A stretch of 45,239 nt of DNA. It comes from Caecitellus pseudoparvulus (lineage: Eukaryota; Protista; Bigyra: Bicosoecida). Where the stretch lies: the NCBI GenBank assembly GCA_965644315.1, contig CBFFRQ010000136.1:1-45239 (forward strand). The letters are read 5' to 3'. Position 1 is the first letter of the stretch; the number at the start of each line of letters is the position of its first letter. Positions 34,715-45,239 of the stretch are shown here, piece by piece. Below the pieces are notes generated by a model. That model ran no database searches and was not told where the DNA came from. It saw nothing but the letters and a program-made list of their open reading frames with translations. The position numbers and the translations under genes are program-made.

Positions 34715-37700
34715 TCAGTCCTTGGGCTGCAGGTTCTTGATGGCGTCGGTGATGCGCTGCTTCAGCGCAGTGGCCTTTTCCCTGAGCTGCTTGGCCACTT
34801 GAGCAGGGTCTGTTCCTGCAGCCAGGCTGAGGCCGCCGGCCAGGGGCATGGCGGAGTTGACCACTGCGCCAAAGGTGCTGCCGCCCGACATGGCCTGCAC
34901 GCCCAGCAGGATGAAGACGAGCATGATGACGAGCAAGACCACGAGCACCAGGAGGCTGTACAGCAAGACGTCCCACGAGAGGCCCATGGCTGAGAGGGCT
35001 GCTTCGGTGATTTCCCGCAGCAGGATGTGGATGCCCGCCTTGAACTCCTGGCGGTCCAGCACGTTGTCCGACTCGATGACGTCCAGCGACGCGAAGATGC
35101 GCTTGGCCCGCTCGTTGGTCAGGGGCAGCGATGCGTTGGCAGTGAAGTCCACGAACTCGTCGAAGGAGATGCCGCCGCCGTCCGTGTCAAAGGCGTCGTA
35201 CAGCAGGTCGATGGCTTGGTCGGACAGGCGCCCGTTGACGAGGGGCAGGGAGGCGAACTTGTTGGCGAGCTTGGTCTTGGCGCCCGCCACGACGCTGTCC
35301 ATGGCTGCCTTGGCCTTGTCCTTCGCAGCGTCCAGGGCCACCTTGGCCGCTGCAGTTGCCGCGGCGGTGGCGGCTGAGGCGGCTGCGCCGGGGGATGAGG
35401 TGTCCACTCCAGCCCGCTGCAGCTGTTCCACGAGGCCGGTGATGGTGTTGATGATGGTCTCCAGGCGGTCCTTGTTGAAGCCGCCGAACTGCAGGGCCAG
35501 CTTGCGCACACCCGAGATGTCCCTGCGCGACAAGGACAGGATGGCGTCCACGATGGCCAGGGCGCCGTGCTGCTCCACCGGCACCACGCTCTCCAGCAAC
35601 TGCATGATGTGCTCTTGCCGCTTCCCCAACTCCTCCGCCACCGCCTTGCTCACTGCCAGCGCCTTCATCGCAGAGCTGCCGCTGGTGGAGCCCGATGCAG
35701 ACACGGCCGCCGCAGCCGCCGCGCCGCTCTGCCCTGCCGTCTGTGCCCGGGACGCGACAGAGGCAGCTGAGCCAATGACGGACTCAGCCTGTGAGGCAGC
35801 GGCGTTGGAGACATCTTCCAGGGCGCGCAGACGGGCCTGCATGAGTGCGATGAAGTGCTGGATGACGCCGAGGGCAGCCACGAGCTTGGGCTCGTTCTGC
35901 ACCAGCGCCTGCACGAAGACGGGGATGGTGGTGAGGAGCTCACCAGGGTTGCCGCGCAGGAGGATGCCGCCCAGCGTGACGGCCAGGAACTTGGGGTCAC
36001 GCAGGCGCTTGGCGAAGATCTCGTCGCCACTGCCCTGCGACAGGAAGTCCGTCACCATGCCCAGGGATGAGAGGGCGCCCTGTGCCTGGGAAATACCGCC
36101 TGAAATAGCCCCTGCCGCACTGCCCACAGCCCCCAGAGCAGAGTCCCGCGCACCCATGATGTCTGCACTGAGCAGGGAGGACAAGTTGGCGCCGCCCACC
36201 ATGCTGCTGGCGGCGTCCTGCGCCTGGCCTGCCGCTGCACTAGCAGACGCGCTCAGTGCAGCCAGAGGCGCGGCCACCGACGTCGCAATGCCATGTGAGA
36301 CTTGTGACGCCGCGAACTTGACCACCGCCATTGAGGCCTGTGCAGCCTGCGACACCTGCCCCTTGCGGGACCGGGCCGCCTTGCCTGACGTGTCGCGCTG
36401 CAGAACCGCCTGCACCTCGTCCACTGGCCCCAGCAGGCCCATGGCAGACTCGATGGAGGATGGAGACACGCTCTGCAGTAGCTTCACTTCTTCGAAGCTG
36501 GTCAGTCCAGGAGGCAGCTCTTGGGCTCCATGGGACACGTCCCTGACGCGCTGCACGATGGCCTCGGCGGCCGGCTTGGGCAGGCGTCGCAACAGGACGC
36601 GGATGAGGGAGTTCCGGATGCTTTCGTTGTGCAGCAGAGTGAGCTGCACGGTGTTTTGTGTCAGCATGACGCGGGGAATGCCAAGGATGCGGCAGAGGCC
36701 CGTCGCGACGTCGCCTTGCATGAGGGAGAAGAAGCCGATGAGGACACGGTCCACCTCCGGCAGGACAAAGGCCGGGTTGGCGCCCCACACGGCCCTGGAC
36801 AGCAAGCGCACAGAAGCGCCCTTCACGCCAAAGTACTTCTCCATCGTGCGGTTGGACATGCCCCGCAGGGACTGCAGCGGGTGCAAGCCCACCCCCACAC
36901 TCCACCGCTGTGCCGCCTGCAGCACAGGCAGCACTTGGTCCAGCAACCAAGGCCGACGGGTGGTCTCTTCGTCCCCGCGGTCGCCAGAGGATGCTGCCAC
37001 AGCTGCGAGGGCAGGGCCGGCAGCACGTGCCACAGGGAGAATGCGCAGCAGTTCCTCTGCAGGCGGCAGACGCCCTGTCACGAACTTCAGGATGGTGCTG
37101 AGCACGCGGGCCGTGGCGCGCACAGGCTTGGCCTCACCGCCGACGTCGTCGTCTTCCTCCCTGCAGAAGGGGATGTTGCTGAAGCGGGCAGACTCCACAC
37201 GCGTCAGCAGCTTCAGAGCCCTGTCCAGGTCAATGCAGGCGCTGTCCCGCGTCAAGTCCAGTCCCGCCTCGGCGGAAGCACGGGCAAGGTCGTCGCGAAC
37301 AGCCAGAGACTTGACGGCTGCTGCAGCATCGTGGGAGGACAGCGTGCGCATCTCGTCTTCGTCGATCATCAGTTGCACCGTCGCAGAGCTGCTGCGAGCA
37401 TCGCCCATCAGGCGGTGGAACTGGTTCGTGTGCTCCTCCTGCTTCTTGGCGAACTTGTCGCTCATCTCCGCCTCCACGAACTCGTCCAGGCGGTCTCGTT
37501 GCGAGTACAGGTTAGACACAAACGCCATCTGCATGCGCATGGCATCGTGCACGGGCAGGTTGGCGCCATTCACTGCCTCCACCATGTCCAGGCGCAGCTC
37601 TTCAGCCACGGCCTGGGACGTGAGCAACTCCCCGATCGGGCGGTACCCTGCCATGGCCCGCGCATTCATGTGCTTCATCTGGGCGCGGTGCAAATGGAAG

Positions 37701-40700
37701 CGGCAGTGGAACTTGCCCCGCATGACGCTGATGGAAAAGGCGGGGTAGATGGGCATGCCTTGCAGGTCCAGGTTCTTGAAGGCTACACCCATGGGCGCGT
37801 CGAAGTTCCCGTTCAGCCCGAAGGTCATGGTGCGCGTGTCATAGTCCACGGCGCAGCTGATGATGTCGCCGTTCTCCCACTCACTACCAAAGGAGCCGTC
37901 ATCTCCGCCATTCCACTTCTTCCGGCGCTGGCCGTCCCAGGCCCACGAGTTGGGGTCGTCACCCACGCCATTGTTGCGCTTGGTCGTGAAGGCGTTGTTC
38001 ACCCAGCCCACCTGCAAGTACCGGTCTCGCCCAGAGAACATCTGCAGCTCGTAGTAGTACCTGCCTGACGTCACCGCCGCTCCTGGGATAGCCACTGTGG
38101 GGAACGAGGACGCTTTGCTGGTGTTCAGGGAGTACCGCACGCGGCCACTGCTGTCTCCCATGAACAGCCCATCGATGCCGAGGATCTGGTACTTCCGCCT
38201 ACCTGACACCATGGGCAGGGGGCGTGTTGGTCCACCAGCGTTGAACTCGGGCGCGTACTTGCTCTGCAGCACCTTGCGGCTCTCGCTGCCCGCATACCGC
38301 AGCGCGTCATCACTGTCGTCCATGACTGCAAAGTCAAAGTAGTCCTCCGCCTCTGCCACCTGATCGCCGCCCTTGGGCGACATGGCTGAGCCGCGTCGAG
38401 GGTGTCCCTTGGAATCTGGCGAACCGAAGCCCTTCTTCTTGCTCTGCCCTGTCAGCAGGCGCATGGTGCTCATCTTCAGCATGGCGTCCTCCTTGTGTTC
38501 AACCAGGTCATCATCGTCCTCACCAGGGTTGCCGCTGGAGGAGAGGCGGCTGGGGGATCCGCCCTGGGCGGGTTTGGCTTGCTCACTGCCAGGTTTCTGC
38601 TTCTCTTCCGCTTCAAATCCGCCTGGGCTGTCTGTCCGACCCGACGCAGGGGTGGGCAAAGGAGGCGGCGCCTTGGACTCGACAGCGCCGTCCTGCGGTA
38701 CAGACGATGAAGACTCGTGCAGGCCACTCGCCCCGGACCCTGTCAGCGTCGCAGACGGCTCCACACGGGCATCCACCGCCGAGGGCCGGTGTCCGGCGCC
38801 AAGTCCGCTCAAGTCCACCTTGGGCACCTGTGTGGAGGGATCCTCCGCGTGGCTTGCTTCGGATAAGCAGATGAAGTTGTTGTCCATGTCCAGAGTCATC
38901 AGCTTGATCTTGCGATCGGCGCCAGTGGTGATGAAGAAGAAGTCAATGGCAGCGGACTCCCTGTCCACTCGCAGAGTCGGCATGGAGTAGCTGATCCACA
39001 GCTCCATCTTGTGCCCGAAGTCCTTGCTCATTGGCACAATCTGCGTGATGCTGCCCTCGTGTTGGGGTGCCATCTCAGCCACCACACTCCAGCCCTTCCA
39101 CAATGACTCCCCGACGTGTGCAGAGCGCGGCGCGCCGAGTATGGCCAGCAGCCGCCCGTAGGACGTGCCCACTAGGACGATGTCGTTGGGGGTGGGCATG
39201 CTGGGCCGCGGCGCATCCACCACAATGGCCTCCTCCTCCTCGCTCATGGACGCTTGCTTCCCTGTGGCAGCAGCCACGTAGTCCAGCCACACCTGCCGCT
39301 GCACCTTGCCGTCATCGTCGGTGGCCTCCCACTTCACCGCCAGGGGGTTCGCGATGGACGATACCTGCGTGATGCGATCCCCTGTCGACAACTCGATGAC
39401 GTCCGCGGCAAAGTGGTTCAGAGCACGCGCTTGCTCCGTGACATTGCTGAAGTAGATGCCACCAGCGCTCGTCACCGTCACAAACCATGACAGAGCCCCC
39501 CAAGCCTTCTGGTTGGCGGGGACGTGGTCAATGAGGGGCAGCTGGCTCTTGTACTTCTACTGCAGCCCCGTCACTGGCGCTGCGGCAAACTCACGGGACG
39601 CCTCCGTGTCTGGCTCCAGTCTGTTGCGCACTTCTCGCGTGGCCCCGACAAAGGCAGAGGGGAAGGCGAAGAAGTACGACACGATGCCGACGGGAATGCC
39701 GTCATCCGGAATGAGGCCGTGCAGCAGCAGGCGTGCCTGTCGTTCCTTCTCCAGGGTCGCCTCGTCCCCGTCTTCCAACAGCCCATACCCGCTGCCGCAG
39801 TGGAAGACGTAGATCTCCCGCCCAGCAGTGAGCAAGTACTTCGTGTCGTAGTCGCCGGTGTCTGGGTCCATGAGGGGCCAGTGTGCTGTGAAGTTGTTCA
39901 GGCGCCCTGGCAGCAGCTTTGCAGTGATGTGCTTGGCCGACTTCAGCCACTCCGTTGTGGCACCCAGCGGCTCGGCATCCAGCTGGGTCAGTCGCCAAGG
40001 CACAATGGTCTTCGACGCAGTCTGCAAGAAGAGAGCTGGCTCCTCTTCTGTAGGATACCGCTTTGTGCTTTGGACGAGCGTTCGAGCGTCCATGAAGCAC
40101 TTGCCGTCCTCACCCGTCAACGGAATGTCCAGCTTCGCCATCCTGACGGAAACGGGCTCGTACCCTTCGCCAGGCGGTATGCTCATCTCCCCAAAGAACC
40201 CCGGCAAGTCGCTCTCGCATGAATCTGCAACATCTGCGGACGAATCGTGCACTTCCACAGGGGCGAAGTCGCCCTCCATACGGTCGTTGGAGATGCCCCA
40301 CACGCAGACACCGACCTTGTCAATGCCTACCAGAGCCACTGACCGCGCCTCATGCGTCTCTCGTTCAGCACGGCACAGAGACTTGACTGCTTCGCCATCT
40401 GTCTGCACGTCGTGGCCCAGCTCTTGGATGTACTGCAGGCCGGCATTCACCTGCCACACGCGCATAGAGCCTCGGGAGTCGCCTGTCACGAGGCGCAAAC
40501 AGGCGTGCCCCTCATCCCAAGACGAGGTACGGATGAAGGCGGCGGCAGTGGTGCCTTCCAGAGTGGCCACAGACCACATCGGGTGCGGCACGATGAGATG
40601 TGGCACAATGCTGCCGCCGCAGTGCTCATCGTCAGCCATTGAAGTTGCGATGCCGTGAATGTCGGACATGGCCGTGTTGAAGTCGATAGCTTCAGAAAGG

Positions 40701-40850
40701 GCCCGCAGGCGCTCAGATGCCTCCACTTCTTCCACAAGCACATGCTTGAAATCCAAACACCAACACCTCTCGAAGGGCACTCCTTCACCCGTGGCGGGAA
40801 GCAAGGCAGACAAGGTTTCCCACACAAGTACACATCCTGACATGAGCAGG
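34715..40850 (-). pseudogene. Large SPRY + EF-hand + C-terminal transmembrane protein with a possible WD40-like N-terminal region; one in-frame TAG; 5' end lost or degraded
   Basis: SPRY: GRYYYE...QVGW...GVGDDPNSWAWDG...WENGDII...FGLNG...IYPAFS. EF-hand-like loops FDTDGGGISFDEF and LDVIESDNVLDRQEF. Hydrophobic LLYSLLVLVVLLVIMLVFILLG. ORFs 39557-40948 and 34715-39481 are in frame across a TAG at 39557-39559. Confidence 0.75.
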
Positions 40851-41581
40851 TAGCGATGAGAATCTGCTCCCCTGCCTGCGACTTGGTCAGTATGCCGCCA
40901 GCGGCACTTCTGCGTGCCTTCTTCACGGCAGCGGCGAACTTCCCACACGCAGCAGCGGCATCAAGGAGGATTTATAGCCTTCACGTCTCGCACAAAGCGG
41001 TTCATCAATAGTGTGTATCCTCCAGCTCCAGCGGCCGCCCCACCTTGCGCCAGCTTCTCCAAAATTGACGCCGGCTGGCATGGCAAACACAACCGATTTC
41101 CGCAGCACGGTTTGCCGCTCTGCGCAGCCCTCTGGCTTCCTGTCGCTGAGTGATGGCAAGAATGAGACTTCCTGGTCAATGATAACATAGAAGGGCTCAG
41201 TCTTACAGGTCTAAGTCTCTTGCTCCTGCCCCTCTCAGCCCCAGGCTGCACTAAACCGTTGGTTGCTAAATCTCAATCGCAGCGCTTGCCGCTGCAGAGC
41301 ACTGTTGAAGAAGGCATAGCGTCCCACGGGTGAATTTTTTTTCGCGAGTTCATTGTCGTCTCACAGCTTGTGGGTGTCTCGTGACTTGATTGTTTCATGA
41401 GCTCCAATGGCGCCCTAGCCTCGATATGGGAAGGCATGTCTCGCACCGTCCTGCCAAGCAAACCTCCACAAACCTGGCAAGAAATATCGCGGGGCGAAAA
41501 CTATGCAATCCACGCTCCGTGGCAGTCCTTCGTCTGACACATGGAAGCCTTGCCGAGAGGCATTTCCACACCTCAGTCACT

Positions 41582-44500
41582 TCAGCCACTGGGCTCACTT
41601 GGTTCACCGACATCACTTGAGTCAGAGTCAAACACATCCGGAAACTCAGTGATTTTTTCAGCCGTTGGCGTGGGCACAGGCACAAAGTCGCCACCCACCA
41701 TCGCATGCACCAGCGGGGAGTCAAGGTACTTCGCGCATTGGTTCAAGTACCGCTCGTTGTCTACAAGGCCTGTGTTAGTGACGTACAGCATGTGCACCCG
41801 CCACTCTGGCTTGCTAACTCCATCTACTGGCTCTGCTGTCACCCTCAGCTTCTTGTACTTGTCAACACCACTGCCCTTATGGTCGCCAGCTCCTTGCCCA
41901 ACACCACTCACACCGTCAACGGATACTTGCTCTGCCTTTACCCGCACGTCTGCCTTCAGCAGTTCTAACCAGGAGTTCACAACAGACATACCCCCTCAGA
42001 GCCCTCTTCACCCCCAGCGTCCGATGCGGGCGCGTTCTCGCTGCCGCCAGTGTGCAACAACCTCACGTTTCCACCCTTGATAGCCTCGAGGTGTGACCGC
42101 TTTGAGAGCGCCACCTGTGCAATGTCGCGCAAGCCAGGGGGCACATCCGTGGGTTTTCCCTTTCCTGATGCGTGGGCGTACAGGTTGGAGGAAGTTACCT
42201 CTACGAACACGGCGTGCTTGACTTCTTTGTCACGATGCACCAACAAGGCGTCCACGCCAGGGCTGTTCTTCCACGTCTGGATCACCCAGGCGTCGCCTGC
42301 CTTCATGTCATGCAAGGATGACAACACATCTGCCGGCACCACGGAGCTCTCGAGCATGAGCTGGCTTGGTGGAACTTCGCCAACTTGTGGCGTCACCCCC
42401 TCCTTCAGTCCCAAGACTCTCATCAGTTGTGACAAACGAGGAGCGTTCGTGACCGATGCAGGCGACACCACCTCCACCAAGCCCAGGGAGTTTTCGTTCT
42501 GAGGGTACTCCATGGACTGCTTCACTTTCTCAGGAAGAAATGCTTGGCCCACCGCCAAAGCACGGTGTCCGCACGCACCCAGCGCCAAGAGTGCGACAAT
42601 GTCGCGCTCAAATTCACTCTCCGTGGAATCAACCCCTCCTAACAGATTCGACAATCGCTGCCCATCTGTTCTCCCGTAAGTATGTGACAGCAACACCTGC
42701 AGGAGGGCATGCCTCGCAGCCAAGGACACAAACACTGCGTTTCTTCTCACCCTTTGAAGTTTGACATCAACACGAGATACCATGGAGGCATTCACCAGCC
42801 CATCAAGTGCATCCCCCATATGCAATCCCCAGGTCGCTGCCGCAATGGTGGACCAGGTAAGCGTCACCTCTGTGCTGTTGTCACGAAGCTGTCGCTCGAG
42901 GCGGCTCTGCAGCTCATCTGACAACTTGTCGAACGTTCGCTGCAGAGCCTGCTTGTGCCCCATGTGCTTCAGATCTTGAAGGTACTGCCGAACGAAGCGT
43001 GGCACATTGCCAAGGTACTGCAGCATTTCCCACAGCTCATGCTCCGTTGGAATCGCAGGCCTGCCGCCCACTCCAGCGTGCCCTGCGCTTGGCAGCGACA
43101 GCTCTGCATCGACCCCACTGAAGAGCACTGCCATCATGGTCTTTGTCGTGGTTGGCCCCAGCTCGTAGAAAACCTCTGAAAATTGGCTCTTGATCGTTTC
43201 CTCCAAAATGGTGTCTGGGGAGCTTGCCAGCACACGCATCGTACCCATTGCTTGACTAAAACCGGACCAATCGCACCACTCTCGAAGCTCCCCTTGCAAA
43301 GTTAATGGCTTTGCATCCTTCACCTTTCGGTACAAATTGTTCACCTCATCCACCACAACCAAGCGGCGACTCTTTCGGGGCCCATGTTGGCTCGCGACAC
43401 CGAACAGCATTTTCATCGCATTCATGAATACCATTGGAGGCGGTTCCTGAGGGCCCAGCAGCGGCCACATGCGGTCATGCAACACATCGCCGCTCAGATT
43501 GTCCCCTGTGCTCGTGCTAAGTCCTTGCAGCAGTGTCTCAACTTCACTACCAACAAAGGCACCGCCATCCCGTACATACAGCACGTCAGCCCCAGCGCCC
43601 ACAGCCGCGATGCTGACCAACGCTGCCAGAGTGGTGCTCTTGCCGCATCCATGCACCCCTGTCAACAAATGACCTGGGCGCTTTGTCTTCAGCGCTTCCG
43701 CGCAGCTTGCGAGGAAAGCGATGCGCTCTGGCGTCCACACGATGCTCACAGTGCGGACTGCTTCCCGCGGCAGCTGCTCCAGCGTGCCGTCTAGACGGGG
43801 CCGCACGGTGCAAATGTGAACAAAGTCTCGTGCGCTTGGCCCATGAGTCAGTGGGAACAAGGACGGCGCTGCCTCCTCGTCTGCCGCCACGCAGATGCCA
43901 TACTCTTGCTGGAAGTCTTTCGGCTCGAGAGCTTCGCTGCCCATAGGTGGGAGGAACCTCGTTGCAAATGCCACAACCTCCCCGTTCTCACCAAACACAG
44001 GATTCAATCCAGTGATGTCCATGGCGTGCTGCGACGCGCCTTCGCTTCCTGCTGCACCACCTGCATCGCCCGCTCGTCCCACGTGCTCCCTCTGCAGTGC
44101 AGCCTTGGCCTCGTCAAACCAATCCAATACTTCCTTCTTACCTTCCAGCATCGCTTCCCCGAGGCCAAGCTTCCAACCCAGCACATGCCGCACCGCCTGA
44201 CGGTGGCCGGTCTCTGGCACGAACTCCTGCCCAGCCGCACTGTCGAGCAGAACTTCCCGCAGCGGAAGCACCGTATTCGAGACACCTGCAGAGGACAGCG
44301 CGGAAGCCCACGTGGCCTCTTCTTCGGCTCTCTTCTTGGCGGCGGCAGCTGCGGCGTCTGCAGCAGCTGCAGCAAGCTTCATTCGATTCATAAGCAGCAC
44401 ATGTATCAGCTGCTGGCGATTTTGCCGCTCTACGTGGAACATGTCTTGAAGAGACTTCTTGTTGATTTCCTTGGCGGGCACGAACAGCAGCGTCTCCATA

Positions 44501-45082
44501 TCCTGCACTATCTCTCGCGCTGCAGCCTCCCAAGCCTGCTCATCCAAGTCCCGCAGTAAACCTCGCAGTGCAGGGCAAGCCAGTGCCAGAGCTGTTGCGG
44601 TTGTTGGGTCGGATCCCTGCGTCAAATGCGAAAAATGAAGTGCGCAACCCTCTCAGAAGCATGCAAGTGTCAGGGCCATCACCCCCAGCACGTACCTGAG
44701 GCAGCTCAGGGGGCAGAAATGGCACAGCAACATCCAGACCAAGTTCATGTAGAGCAGTGTGCAGACCTCCAGGCTCATACACGGCCAGCGTTTTCATCGC
44801 CGTAAGCACAGTGTCAGGCTCAGGCAGCATCGCCGTGCTGCTGAAGCGTGCTGCTCCTACGCCCGGCCACGAGCGCCACGCCCTTGTACAAGACGCGTAC
44901 TCTCGTCGCGGAACACTGCCTGTCATGGCTTCCCAGGCGTGCTCCACAGAGGAGGTGTACTCAACACAAGCAGTGGGCATGAAAGCGCCGCCAGACGAAA
45001 CGCCACCACGCCAAACAATGGCGGCGGCACCTCTGAGTGCCCTGCCAGCCGTAGCTAGAGCTGAGCGAGATGACAGAAGCAT
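41582..45082 (-). CDS. Crinkler/RHS-like P-loop NTPase plus REase-fold protein, paralogue 3 (1 intron; 1-nt frameshift in a G-run)
   Basis: ATG at 45082 (MLLSSRSALATAGRALR); intron 44617-44695; Walker A GVHGCGKST; Walker B VVVDE; NSPGVDALLV...VFVEVT. A frameshift in the 5-base run at 41991-41995 leads into ORF 41582-41989, which carries the shared C-terminal motifs. Confidence 0.72.
44617..44695 (-). other. Spliceosomal intron (79 nt, phase 0)
   Basis: CAG|GTACGT...TTTTTCGCATTTGACGCAG|GGA. Removal fuses PPELPQ to GSDPTT in frame. Confidence 0.8.
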
Positions 45083-45239
45083 GTCTGAGAAAGAATGCAA
45101 AGGCAGTGGAGTCGGGCGCACAGGCGCTCGATGGGAACTTGGAGTCGGTGTGGGCTTGTGCTGACGCCTGTGCCCCAGCACTTCGCAGAACTTGCACAGC
45201 TCTTCGAAGCGCAGGGCTGAGCTTGCCTGCGTCACTTGA

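Noticed and set aside
34848-38068. Long plus-strand ORFs (966 aa, 515 aa) and many other overlapping ORFs in the track
   Set aside because: Antisense or off-frame shadows of GC-rich minus-strand coding sequence, with no motifs of their own.
10480-39559. Alternative genetic code (stop codon reassignment)
   Set aside because: All three stop codons occur in frame. They replace different expected residues (Tyr at 26221, Glu at 30217, probably Arg at 10480), are rare, and co-occur with frameshifts. Nonsense decay is simpler.

Overview
Left end of a GC-rich, intron-poor eukaryotic chromosome, probably from a protist (the lineage cannot be fixed from sequence alone). The window opens with 231 perfect TAACCC telomere units. 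Two different 5'-truncated elements follow head-to-tail, each closed at its 3' end by a short (TAACCC)n tract with no poly(A). Element B (3590-7334) is a LINE-type retrotransposon with an uninterrupted RT plus CCHC ORF and no visible endonuclease. Element A (1397-3542) has no RT; its frameshifted ORF may have a papain-like protease fold. I saw no similarity between A and B except the same palindromic motif, CAATGCATTGA, 4 nt before the telomeric tract. This suggests a two-partner telomere-attaching retroelement system, analogous to Drosophila HeT-A/TART or Magnaporthe MoTeR1/2, and is the main candidate for a new system. Inward lies a subtelomeric patchwork of mostly disrupted genes, nearly all on the minus strand. 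It holds three 38-aa ankyrin-like repeat genes and three Crinkler/RHS-like nuclease paralogues (two with a P-loop NTPase and mitochondrial-presequence-like N-termini). It also holds a Cys-rich multipass membrane protein, an FN3-repeat fragment, a DxxH-group DDE transposase relic, a SPRY/EF-hand membrane protein and an internal fragment of element B. All product calls come from motifs read by eye; no database searches were run.
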